In this document: positions 26,649-35,595 of the stretch, in pieces
Layout: each line of letters opens with the position of its first letter
Position numbering within the stretch: the stretch's first letter is position 1
Assembly: GCA_963665775.2 (NCBI GenBank)
Contig: CAXXTF010000002.1
Span: 1,107,231-1,171,230 of the forward strand
Direction of reading: 5' to 3'
Length of the DNA stretch: 64,000 nt
Origin: Dehalococcoidia bacterium
Lineage (GTDB): Bacteria; Chloroflexota; Dehalococcoidia; SM23-28-2; RBG-16-64-32
Notes under the pieces: model-generated
What the model was told of the DNA's origin: nothing
The model's database searches: none
The model's input: the letters and a program-made list of their open reading frames with translations, nothing else
Made by a program: the position numbers and the translations under genes

Positions 26649-27971
26649 GTGGCTGCTCCTAGACCCTGGCTCCCGCTCCTGGCCACAGCGGTGACGCTCC
26701 TGGTGCTAGCCTGCAACGGCAACGGCACATCTCCCTCGGCAACCCCCTCACCATCAGCGACGCCCTCCCCCACCCTCACCCCTAGCCAGTCACCCGGCCG
26801 TGGCAACACCAGCGAAGGCCAGCAGTTTGACGGCGAGGCTGCGTTGGCCCACATACGAGCCCTGGCCGTGGAGATCGGCTCCCGTCGCAGCGGCAGCGAG
26901 GCGGAGGCCGCCGCAGCCAAGTACATCCACGAGCAGCTAGACGGATACGGCTACGACACGACCTTACAGGAGTTTAGCTTCGACGCCTTCTTCGACATCG
27001 GGACGACCCTACAGGTGACCTCGCCGGACCAGCAAGCGATCGACGCTGTCCCCCTCGAGCCGAGCATCAGCGGCCTCGCCGAGGAGCATCTCGTGGCCGC
27101 CGGGCTGGGCCGTCCGCAAGAGTTCCCTACGGAGACGGCCGGCAAGATCGCCCTCATAGAGCGGGGCGACATCTTCTTCAGCGATAAGGGGATCAACGCC
27201 GCCGCGGCGGGGGCCGTAGCCGCTATCATCTTTAACGACGAGCCGGGCCCCTTTGCGGGAACCTTACGGGACGACGTTACCATTCCAATCGTGGGCATCT
27301 CTCGGGAGGACGGCCGGAGGCTCCTCACCCTACTCGGCTCGGGTCCCGTTTTCGTGCGCCTGGACGTGCTGACCGATTCCGGCTCCCAGCCTTAGCAAAA
27401 CGTTGTAGCGAAGCCGCCAGGAGGCCAGTGCCAGGTCATCGTGGGTGGGCACTACGATTCGGTGCCGGCCGGGCCGGGTGCCAACGATAATGCCTCGGGA
27501 ACGGCGACGGCGCTGGAGATCGCCAGCGTGCTGGCCGCCGACGGCGAGCTCGATGACGTCTGCTTCGTCCTCTTCGGGGCCGAGGAGGTCGGCCTCATAG
27601 GAAGCGGCGCGTTCGTCAGGTCACTCTCCCCGGACGAACGGAGTGACGTACAGGGCATGCTCAACTTCGACATGGTGGGGGCGGGAACCGACTGGCTTCT
27701 GTCAGGCTCCGATGAGCTACGCGATCTGGCCGCGGCGGAAGCGGATCGTCTGGGCCTGGTGTACCAGACTTCCGGCGGTTTGCCGGCCGGGGCAGGCAGC
27801 GACCACGCCCCCTTCATCCAGGCGGGCATTCCGGCCATCATCTTCCACCGGCTGGGCGATCCCCACTACCACACGAACGAAGATACGGCGGGGTTCATTC
27901 AGGTGAACTTTCTCGAGGAGATCGGCACCCTGGGCCTCGCCGTCCTTGACGCGCTGCTGATGGGACGGTAG
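26649..27971 (+). pseudogene. M28-family aminopeptidase lipoprotein with a PA domain, interrupted by one in-frame TAG (27393..27395)
   Basis: The listed ORFs 26649..27395 and 27441..27971 are in the same frame. Read-through gives ...DSGSQP[TAG]QNVVAKPPGGQCQVIVGGHYDSVPAGPGANDNASG..., the contiguous M28 core. A lipobox (LLVLAC) is at the N-terminus. Confidence 0.7.
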
Positions 27972-28018
27972 AGGTTGCCCCCGTCACGCTATTGGGTTAC
28001 GATGCGGCCGAGACTGCC

Positions 28019-28420
28019 ATGATCCCCCGCATACGGTTGACCACCGCTGGTCTCGCTCTACTGCTGGCGCTGGCCACGCTAGCCGCCTGTGGTGACGACG
28101 GTGAGCCGACCACGCTCCGCCCGGACGGCCAGTTGACGGATCCGGGCAGCGTCGCCACAGCCACCCCGTGGACCGTGCCGCCGGATGTGATCATCCTGGA
28201 GCCGGGGGCTCAGTCAACACCGGAGCCGAGCAACGGCGGCAACGGAGGTAACGGCGGTGTCACACCGGGAGTGTGCGGCGACACCTACGTCGTAGAGCCG
28301 AATGACAACCCGAGCCTCATCGCGGAGAAGTGCGGCGTGGACATAGACGAACTGATGCGGATCAACAGCATCGATGACCCCACGACGCTACAGATTGGCC
28401 AAGAGCTCATCCTGCCTTAG
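28019..28420 (+). CDS. LysM domain lipoprotein
   Basis: Signal/lipobox LLLALATLAACGDDG and a C-terminal LysM (YVVEPNDNPSLIAEKCGVDIDELMRINSI...LQIGQELILP). The listed ORF starts at the TTG 27992. Confidence 0.75.
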   Translation: MIPRIRLTTAGLALLLALATLAACGDDGEPTTLRPDGQLTDPGSVATATPWTVPPDVIILEPGAQSTPEPSNGGNGGNGGVTPGVCGDTYVVEPNDNPSLIAEKCGVDIDELMRINSIDDPTTLQIGQELILP

Positions 28421-28535
28421 AGGGAAGACCGGTGGGGAATTGCGAAAGTTTTCACTAAAGGGCCTCGACTGCCTTGCGTAATCAACGAAGGGATGCTACC
28501 ATCGGGCCGGCAATAGACAGTCGCTATCACATATC

Positions 28536-28681
28536 GCACGAGCTATAGACCTCTCATGGCCATCGACGAGAAGCGCACGGAGAATCGACTCTCAGAGCTA
28601 GAGCGTCTGCACGAGCTATAGACCTCTCATGGCCATCGACGAGAAGCGCACGGAGAATCGACTCTCAGAGCTAGAGCGTCT
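28536..28681 (+). repeat. perfect 73-bp tandem duplication (28536..28608 = 28609..28681) spanning the start codon and first 18 codons of the carboxyltransferase gene
   Basis: The two copies are identical on base-by-base comparison. Copy 1 creates a 21-codon ORF (28556..28621, MAIDEKRTENRLSELERLHEL) that ends 7 nt before the real ATG at 28629 (28622..28628). Confidence 0.9.
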
Positions 28682-30194
28682 GAAGGAGTCGGCCCAGCTC
28701 GGCGGCGGCAAGGAGCGCATCGAGGCGCAACACGGCCGCGGCAAGCTGACGGCCCGCGAACGTCTTAACATCCTGATGGACGAGGGCTCCTTCGAGGAGT
28801 TGGACTCCCTGGTCACTCACCGGTCCCACGAGTTCGGTCTGGAGAGGCAGAAATGCTACGGCGACGCCGTAGTAACCGGCTACGGAATGGTCGAAGGCCG
28901 GCTGGTTTACGTCTTCGCTCAGGACTTTACTGTCTTCGGCGGCTCCCTGTCCGAAGCGGTGGCGGAGAAGATATGCAAGGTGATGGACTTTGCGGTCAAG
29001 AACGGGGCCCCGATCGTCGGCCTCAACGACTCGGGCGGAGCCCGCATCCAGGAGGGCGTGGTGTCACTGAAGGGGTACGGCGACATCTTCCAGCGCAACG
29101 TCCTGTCCTCCGGTGTAATCCCTCAGATCTCAGTCATCATGGGGCCCTGTGCCGGCGGCGCCGTCTACTCCCCGGCCATTACGGACTTTGTCTTAATGAC
29201 ATCGGCCAATAGCCAGATGTACATCACCGGGCCGGACGTGATCCGCGCCGTAACCCAGGAAGAGGTGACGCACGACGATCTGGGCGGATCACTGGTGCAC
29301 AGTACAAAGAGCGGCGTCGCTCACTTCGCCATCGATGGTGAGGAGGAGTGTCTGAACGAGGTACGCCGCCTGCTCTCGTTCCTCCCTCCCAACAACATGG
29401 AGGACCCGCCTATCAGCGAGCCGGCGGACGAGCCCGATCGTCGCTGTGACGAGCTACGGGGCCTCGTGCCAGAGGACCCCAGCAAGCCCTACGACATGCG
29501 GGAGATGATCTACACTATCGCGGACGATGGCGACTTCATGGAGGTGCACGCTTCCTGGGCTCGCAGCATCGTCGTCGGTTTCGCCCGCCTGAACGGCCGC
29601 CCCGTGGGGATCGTCGCCAACAACCCCGCGGTGATCGCCGGCGTCCTAGATGTCAACTCCTCCCGGAAGGCCGCCCGCTTCGTACGTTTCTGTGACAGCT
29701 TCAACGTTCCCATCGTCACTCTAGCTGACGTGCCGGGCTATCTGCCCGGCACTGAGCAGGAGTACAGCGGGATCATCACCCACGGCGCCAAGCTCATCTT
29801 CGCCTACAGTGAGGCGACGGTACCCAAGGTCACCGTCATCGTTCGCAAGGCCTACGGCGGCGCCTATATAGTCATGGGCTCCAAGCACCTAAGGGCCGAT
29901 ATCAACTACGCCTGGCCCTCAGCCGAGGTCGCGGTCATGGGCCCAGACGGCGCCGTCAACATCATCTTCCGCCGGGAGATCGAGGCGGCGGAAGACCGCG
30001 AGGCCAGACGGCAAGAGCTGGTCGAGGAGTATCGCCAGAACCTGGCGAACCCGTACGTCAGCGCCTCCCGCGGCTTCATCGACGACGTGATCGACCCCAG
30101 GGACACGCGGATCAAGATCATCCGCGCCCTAGAGATGCTTCAGAACAAAACGGACAGCAATCCGCCCAAGAAGCATGGCAACATCCCGCTATGA
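28629..30194 (+). CDS. acyl-CoA carboxyltransferase (propionyl-CoA carboxylase beta chain / methylmalonyl-CoA carboxyltransferase 12S-type)
   Basis: The 521-aa ORF carries GGGKERIEAQHGRGKLTARERL, FAQDFTVFGGSL and VANNPAVIAGVLD, typical of the PccB/12S family. Confidence 0.85.
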   Translation: MAIDEKRTENRLSELERLKESAQLGGGKERIEAQHGRGKLTARERLNILMDEGSFEELDSLVTHRSHEFGLERQKCYGDAVVTGYGMVEGRLVYVFAQDFTVFGGSLSEAVAEKICKVMDFAVKNGAPIVGLNDSGGARIQEGVVSLKGYGDIFQRNVLSSGVIPQISVIMGPCAGGAVYSPAITDFVLMTSANSQMYITGPDVIRAVTQEEVTHDDLGGSLVHSTKSGVAHFAIDGEEECLNEVRRLLSFLPPNNMEDPPISEPADEPDRRCDELRGLVPEDPSKPYDMREMIYTIADDGDFMEVHASWARSIVVGFARLNGRPVGIVANNPAVIAGVLDVNSSRKAARFVRFCDSFNVPIVTLADVPGYLPGTEQEYSGIITHGAKLIFAYSEATVPKVTVIVRKAYGGAYIVMGSKHLRADINYAWPSAEVAVMGPDGAVNIIFRREIEAAEDREARRQELVEEYRQNLANPYVSASRGFIDDVIDPRDTRIKIIRALEMLQNKTDSNPPKKHGNIPL

Positions 30195-30271
30195 CTGGTT
30201 CAGCGTCAGGGGGAGGGCTGACGGCGCTCTTCCGGACCCCAGGCCTCTGACCCGGGCGGCGTAAGACGATT

Positions 30272-31744
30272 ATGGGGATCAAAATCACCGACACGACACT
30301 CCGCGATGCCCACCAGTCGCTGCTGGCGACGCGGATGCGCACCGAGGACATGTTGCCCATCGCCCCGGAGATGGACGAGGCGGGGTTTCACAGCGTGGAG
30401 GTCTGGGGCGGCGCTACCTTCGACACGGCGATACGCTTCCTGCGGGAGGACCCCTGGGAGCGGCTGCGGGAGCTGAAGAAGCGGTTCAAGAAGACCCCTC
30501 TTCAGATGCTCCTGCGGGGCCAGAACGTCGTGGGCTACCGCCACTATGCTGACGACGTGGTGGAGAAGTTCGTGGAGCTCTCGGTCAAGAACGGCATGGA
30601 CATCTTCCGCATCTTCGACGCCGTCAACGACCTGCGCAACCTGGAGACGGCGATCCGAGCCGTCAAACGGGCGGGTGGCCACGTCCAGGGCACCATCTGC
30701 TACACCGTCAGTCCCGTGCACACGGCGGATATGTTCGCCAAACAGGCCAAGGAGCTGGTGGAGATGGGGTCGGACTCCATCTGCCTCAAGGACATGGCAG
30801 GCCTCCTCCACCCGTTCGACGCCTACACCATCATCCGTAGCATGAAAAAGGTCGTAAACGTCCCCATCCAGCTCCACTGCCACTGCACGAGTGGCATGGC
30901 GGAGATGGCCTATGTGAAAGCCGTGGAGGCCGGTGTAGACATCATCGATTGCGCCCTCTCTACCATGTCGCAGGGGACGTCGCAGCCCCCCACGGAATCC
31001 CTCATCGCCACCTTCGAGGGGACAGATCACGACGGCGGCCTGGACCTCGAACAGTTGACCCACCTTGCCGATTATTTCGTCGATGTCCGCAAGAAGTACG
31101 CCGCTTTCGAGGGAAATGTACGGGTGGACGCCGGAGTGCTGTCACACCAGGTGCCCGGCGGAATGATCTCCAACCTGGTATCGCAGCTGCGGGAGCAGGG
31201 AGCGCTGGACAAGCTCAAGGACGTACACGAGGAGATTCCCCGCGTGCGTGCGGACCTGGGCTACCCACCGCTCGTGACACCCACGAGCCAGATCGTGGGT
31301 AGCCAGGCCGTCCTCAACACCCTCTTCGGGCAGCGCTACAAACAGGTCACCAAAGAGACCCGCGCCTATGTCCTGGGACAGTACGGCAACTCTCCGGCAC
31401 CGATAAGTGAAGAGATCCGCAAGATCATCGCCCCTGATGCTGAGCCCATCAGCGGGCGACCGGCTGACCACATCGCGCCCGAGATGGAGCAGGCCGCTCA
31501 GGAGCTGGGAGCGCTGGCCAGGAACGAGGAGGACACCGTCTCCTATGTTCTCTTCCCGCCCATCGTCCGCGAGTTCCTGGAGTGGCATGCGGGTGGGGCT
31601 AGCATCGAGCCAGATCTCGTGGCCGCCATCGCGACCGCCTTAACGCATAACCATCAGCCGGCCCAAGCGACACCAGCGGCAGCACAGGACGGAGCCCGGA
31701 GCCCGTGGAGACTGGCCGGGCGCCAGAGGCTGCTGCGGGGGTAG
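30272..31744 (+). CDS. pyruvate/oxaloacetate carboxyltransferase (transcarboxylase 5S / oxaloacetate decarboxylase alpha-type) without a biotin domain
   Basis: ITDTTLRDAHQSL and the HMGL-like TIM barrel (LKDMAGLL, HCHCTSGMA). It lacks a C-terminal AMKM motif. Confidence 0.8.
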   Translation: MGIKITDTTLRDAHQSLLATRMRTEDMLPIAPEMDEAGFHSVEVWGGATFDTAIRFLREDPWERLRELKKRFKKTPLQMLLRGQNVVGYRHYADDVVEKFVELSVKNGMDIFRIFDAVNDLRNLETAIRAVKRAGGHVQGTICYTVSPVHTADMFAKQAKELVEMGSDSICLKDMAGLLHPFDAYTIIRSMKKVVNVPIQLHCHCTSGMAEMAYVKAVEAGVDIIDCALSTMSQGTSQPPTESLIATFEGTDHDGGLDLEQLTHLADYFVDVRKKYAAFEGNVRVDAGVLSHQVPGGMISNLVSQLREQGALDKLKDVHEEIPRVRADLGYPPLVTPTSQIVGSQAVLNTLFGQRYKQVTKETRAYVLGQYGNSPAPISEEIRKIIAPDAEPISGRPADHIAPEMEQAAQELGALARNEEDTVSYVLFPPIVREFLEWHAGGASIEPDLVAAIATALTHNHQPAQATPAAAQDGARSPWRLAGRQRLLRG

Positions 31745-31747
31745 CCC

Positions 31748-32257
31748 TTGAAGCTGACCATCCAGGGCGAGGAGTTCGAGGTCCAGCCGGGCGGCGATAC
31801 CGTCACCGTCAGCGATAGGCAGTACACTGTCCGCGCGGCGCAGCAGGGCAATATCGTCACCGTCTATGTCAACGAGCGGCCCTTCCTGGTGCAGCTGCCC
31901 AGCCCGTTGGGACAGGGCAGTGCCATCAAGCTGCTGGTGGACGCCAAGGAGTACGAGGTGGAGGTCGAGGGCCGGGCCGCGTCTCCGCGTCCGAAGGCGC
32001 GGCCGGCCGGCCGGCGGCCAGAACCAGCGGGCGGTGCCGGTACCATCTTGGCCCAAATGACGGGGCGGGTCATCCGAGTGGACGTGCAGCCCGGTGACCA
32101 TGTAGAGGCCGGAGCCACCTTGATCATCTTAGAGGCGATGAAGATGGAGAACGAGATCGCCGCGCCCGGGGCAGGGACGGTGACAGAGGTGGCAGTAGCC
32201 ACCGGCTCCCGTGTCACGGAAGGGGACCTGCTGGTACGGCTAGACCTGGCCGAATAG
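31748..32257 (+). CDS. biotin carboxyl carrier protein (1.3S-type biotinyl subunit)
   Basis: C-terminal biotinyl domain with the EAMKMENEI attachment motif; TTG start 4 nt after the upstream stop. Confidence 0.8.
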   Translation: MKLTIQGEEFEVQPGGDTVTVSDRQYTVRAAQQGNIVTVYVNERPFLVQLPSPLGQGSAIKLLVDAKEYEVEVEGRAASPRPKARPAGRRPEPAGGAGTILAQMTGRVIRVDVQPGDHVEAGATLIILEAMKMENEIAAPGAGTVTEVAVATGSRVTEGDLLVRLDLAE

Positions 32258-32298
32258 ACTGCGGACTCCGGAAGAAGGGGTTCGGATCGGTGGGTAAC

Positions 32299-32324
32299 GT
32301 CGCCCAGAGCCAGCTCTGGGCGAC
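32299..32324. terminator. hairpin between convergent genes (possible bidirectional terminator)
   Basis: GTCGCCCAGAG-ccag-CTCTGGGCGAC forms an 11-bp perfect stem. There is no U-tract on either side. Confidence 0.4.
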
Positions 32325-32341
32325 CCCTCAAGAGCCCGGTA

Positions 32342-32578
32342 TTAGTCCGGTAACGTCACCAGGGAAGTCGTGCTCTGAATGCCGTCGATGCCGCGGATGC
32401 TTTCGCCGAGGATAGGCGGGATCTCTTGCAGAGTCGCCACTTCGATCTCCGCAACGATATCGTAGGGGCCCATCACCTCATGCATCTCTATAACAGCGGC
32501 GATTTTCCGTATCTCATCGACGACGTGCCTGGTCTTACCGGGGTCGGTAACCACCAGAACGTATGCCTTGACCGCCAT
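32342..32578 (-). CDS. Lrp/AsnC ligand-binding (RAM) domain-only small protein
   Basis: The 78-aa ORF reads KAYVLV.....HVVDEIRKI..V.E.HEVMGPYDIVAEIEV, typical of stand-alone AsnC-type RAM domains. Confidence 0.65.
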   Translation of the reverse strand: MAVKAYVLVVTDPGKTRHVVDEIRKIAAVIEMHEVMGPYDIVAEIEVATLQEIPPILGESIRGIDGIQSTTSLVTLPD

Positions 32579-32822
32579 ACAGGCTCTCCTTAATGGGGCA
32601 TTCCTGCCAGAAGCGAGAATCCGCGGTCATTATACAGCATGCGACACGTTCGGCCCTCGCATTTGGCAAAGAGAGGGCAAAAGGTGGTAAAATAAGCGAG
32701 GACTCTCCAAATTGACGCCTCTGTGCCTGGAGAGAGGACGAGTCAGCCTCTGTTCAGCGCGCGTCGACTGGAGTAGAATAAGGGACGGCGCCGCTGACCG
32801 GCGCATAGCAGGGAGCCTTGTC

Positions 32823-34550
32823 GTGCCTAAAGATGATTTCGTGATCCGGATAGGCGGCGACACTGCTATTGGCGGGGTGATCAGCACCGGCGAAAACTTC
32901 AGCGCTGCCGCATCTCACCAGGGCTTTCGGACATTCACTTTCCGCACCTATCCGGCGGAGATCAAGGGCGGCCACGCCTGGTTCCAGGTCAGGATCTCCA
33001 ACCGGTCTGTCATCTCCATCGGCGACGGCTGTGACATCCTCATCGCCTTCGACCAAGAGGCGTATGAACTCCACCGGGACGATCTGAACCAGGGGGGCGT
33101 CCTCATCTACGATTCCGACCAGATCGAGATCGAGCATGGGAAGTTCATCGAGTACGGCATCCCCTTCCAGAAGATCGCCCGGGAGGAGCTGGAATTCGTT
33201 CGCGGCACCAACGTCCTCATCCTGGGGGTCATGGCCGGCCTGTTCGGCCTGGCACCGGCCGCCCTGGAGGAGCTGGTGCGCACCCGCTACAAGCGACGGG
33301 CGGAGCTGCTGGAGAAGAACCTGGAGACGCTGCACTACGGCTACGAATACACCAAGAAGATCCAGAAGAAGGACACGTTCTGGCTGGGCAGCGCCGACCA
33401 GGTGTCCCGCCTGGTGATGACCGGCAATGATGCCATCACGGCGGGCGCTCTCCACGCCGGCTGTCGCTACTTTGCCGGCTATCCCATCACGCCCGCCTCG
33501 GACATCATGGAAACGATGGCCGCCCAGCTGCCGCACTTCGGGGGCGTCTGCCTGCAGGCCGAGGACGAGATGGCGGCCCTGGCATCGGTCATCGGCGCTT
33601 CCTACGCCGGGACGAAGGCGATGACGGCCACCTCTGGGCCGGGCTTCTCGCTGATGACAGAGCTGCTGGGCCTGGCCTCCATGGCCGAGATCCCAATCGT
33701 CATCGTGAACGCCCAGCGGTCAGGCCCCAGCACGGGGATGCCCACCAAGCTGGAGCAGAGCGACCTGTTCCAGGCGCTATACGGAGGCCACGGCGACTTT
33801 CCGCGCATAGTGGTGGCGCCGGCATCGGTGCAGAACTGCTTCCGGGTCAGCGTCCTGGCCTTCAGCCTGGCCGAGAAGTACCAGTGCCCTGTGATCCTCC
33901 TCTCCGACCAGTCCCTCTCCCACCGGACGGAGACCATCGAGCGGGTGGACGCGGATGTCTTCCCAATCCTGGATCGCCTGCGGCCCGACGGCGTGAGCCC
34001 TGATGATTACCTGCGCTACCAGATCACGGACAACGGCGAATCGCCGATGGCGGTACCCGGCCTGGACCACCACACCTACGTGGCCACCGGCCTGGAGCAC
34101 GACGAGCGCGGCCACCCCCGCCTAACCCCTGAAACGCACGAAGCGATGACAGCCAAGCGGTTCGCCAAGCTGGAAGCGGCGCGACTGGATATCGACAACG
34201 AGGATCTGGCACCCCGCTATGGGCCAGAGAAGGCCGACCTGGGCATCATAGGCTGGGGAGCCACCCAGGGCTCCATCCGCGAGGGGGTGGATCGGGCGCT
34301 GGCGAAGGGCTACAAGGTGGCGGCTATGCACCCGCGCGTGCTCTGTCCGCTGCCGGAGGAGCGACTCAAGGAGTTCATCGGCTCCTGCAAGCAGATCCTG
34401 GTCCCGGAGGTCAACTATCAGGGCCAGTTCGCCCATCACCTGGCCGCCAGTCTGGGCGTTCGGCCCATCCGGCTCAACAAGATCGGTGGTCTCCCGTTCA
34501 CACCCGCGGAGATCTTCAACAAGATCGAGGAGGTGCTCAATCATGCCTGA
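32823..34550 (+). CDS. korA: 2-oxoacid:ferredoxin oxidoreductase subunit alpha (fused gamma-alpha type)
   Basis: IRIGGDTAIGGVISTGE (gamma-like) then GNDAITAGALHAGCRYFAGYPITPASDI and AEDEMAA. I placed the start at the GTG 32823, 7 nt after GGGAG. The listed ORF begins at 32712. Confidence 0.85.
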   Translation: MPKDDFVIRIGGDTAIGGVISTGENFSAAASHQGFRTFTFRTYPAEIKGGHAWFQVRISNRSVISIGDGCDILIAFDQEAYELHRDDLNQGGVLIYDSDQIEIEHGKFIEYGIPFQKIAREELEFVRGTNVLILGVMAGLFGLAPAALEELVRTRYKRRAELLEKNLETLHYGYEYTKKIQKKDTFWLGSADQVSRLVMTGNDAITAGALHAGCRYFAGYPITPASDIMETMAAQLPHFGGVCLQAEDEMAALASVIGASYAGTKAMTATSGPGFSLMTELLGLASMAEIPIVIVNAQRSGPSTGMPTKLEQSDLFQALYGGHGDFPRIVVAPASVQNCFRVSVLAFSLAEKYQCPVILLSDQSLSHRTETIERVDADVFPILDRLRPDGVSPDDYLRYQITDNGESPMAVPGLDHHTYVATGLEHDERGHPRLTPETHEAMTAKRFAKLEAARLDIDNEDLAPRYGPEKADLGIIGWGATQGSIREGVDRALAKGYKVAAMHPRVLCPLPEERLKEFIGSCKQILVPEVNYQGQFAHHLAASLGVRPIRLNKIGGLPFTPAEIFNKIEEVLNHA

Positions 34551-35412
34551 TGGCACACAGGTTGCCGAGGTACCAGAGGCGGAAGTCCTAACCGTAAAGG
34601 ACTACAAGAGCGAGGTCAAGCCCATCTGGTGCCCCGGCTGCGGCGACTTCGGCGTTCTGAGCGCCACCTATAAGGCCCTGGCCACCCTCCAGCTCCAGCG
34701 ACACGACGTCGTGGTCGTCGCCGGCATCGGCTGCTCCAGCCGGACGCCGTACTTCATGAGCACGTTCGGGCTCCACGGCGTGCACGGGCGCTCCCTACCC
34801 ATCGCCACGGGGATTAAGCTGGCGAACCCGGATCTGACGGTCCTGGTGATGGGGGGCGACGGCGACCTGCTGGCCATCGGCGCCGGCCACTTCCCCCACG
34901 CCGCGGCCCGCAACATCGACCTGACCTGCATCATGATGGATAACCAGACGTATGGCCTGACCAAGGCTCAGGCCTCCCCTACGTCCTTCCTGGGACATAC
35001 GAGCAAGACAACGCCCTACGGCGTCATCTCCAAACCGATGAACCCCATGCTCTTCGCCCTAACCAACGGTGCCACCTTCGTGGCGCGGGGCTACTCCGCG
35101 AAGCCCAAGGACCTTACCGAGATGATCGTGCAGGGAATGGAACACAAGGGGTTCTCTTTCATACACGTGCGAAGCCCCTGCTCCGAGTTCTTGAACACCT
35201 ACGACTACTACGATGAGCGGGTCGTGGAGATGCCCTCCGATTGGAACAACGGCGACCTCCAGGCAGCGATCGACTTGACGCTCACTGAGGAGAAGGACCA
35301 CCTTGGCCTCTTCTACAAGGAGGAGCGCCCCATCTATGAGCGGTCGGCCCGGGAGTTCGAGCCGGAGCAGCAGCAGTTCGATCTGGAGACGTATCTCAAG
35401 CGGTTCGCTTGA
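34543..35412 (+). CDS. korB: 2-oxoacid:ferredoxin oxidoreductase subunit beta (ThDP-binding)
   Basis: WCPGCGDFGVL, GIGCSSR and GGDGD motifs. The ATG at 34543 overlaps the korA stop. Confidence 0.85.
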   Translation: MPDGTQVAEVPEAEVLTVKDYKSEVKPIWCPGCGDFGVLSATYKALATLQLQRHDVVVVAGIGCSSRTPYFMSTFGLHGVHGRSLPIATGIKLANPDLTVLVMGGDGDLLAIGAGHFPHAAARNIDLTCIMMDNQTYGLTKAQASPTSFLGHTSKTTPYGVISKPMNPMLFALTNGATFVARGYSAKPKDLTEMIVQGMEHKGFSFIHVRSPCSEFLNTYDYYDERVVEMPSDWNNGDLQAAIDLTLTEEKDHLGLFYKEERPIYERSAREFEPEQQQFDLETYLKRFA

Positions 35413-35595
35413 TCCGCATTTGAATAGGACCAGAAAGAAGACCCTTCGCCACAGCTCTCAGCGACGGCCCCGGGATCGTGCCCTGACCGAGCGTTCCCTC
35501 GAGCCTCTCCCGGACTGTCACCCTGAGCGGAGCGGAGAGCCCCATTCGAGGCGCAAACCACCACAACCAAGCGCCTGTAGAGAGGGAGACCTGAC

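Noticed and set aside
26087-26926. 279-aa minus-strand ORF overlapping the membrane-protein gene and the 5' part of the M28 gene
   Set aside because: The plus-strand models have TM helices, a lipobox and peptidase motifs. The minus-strand translation is featureless.
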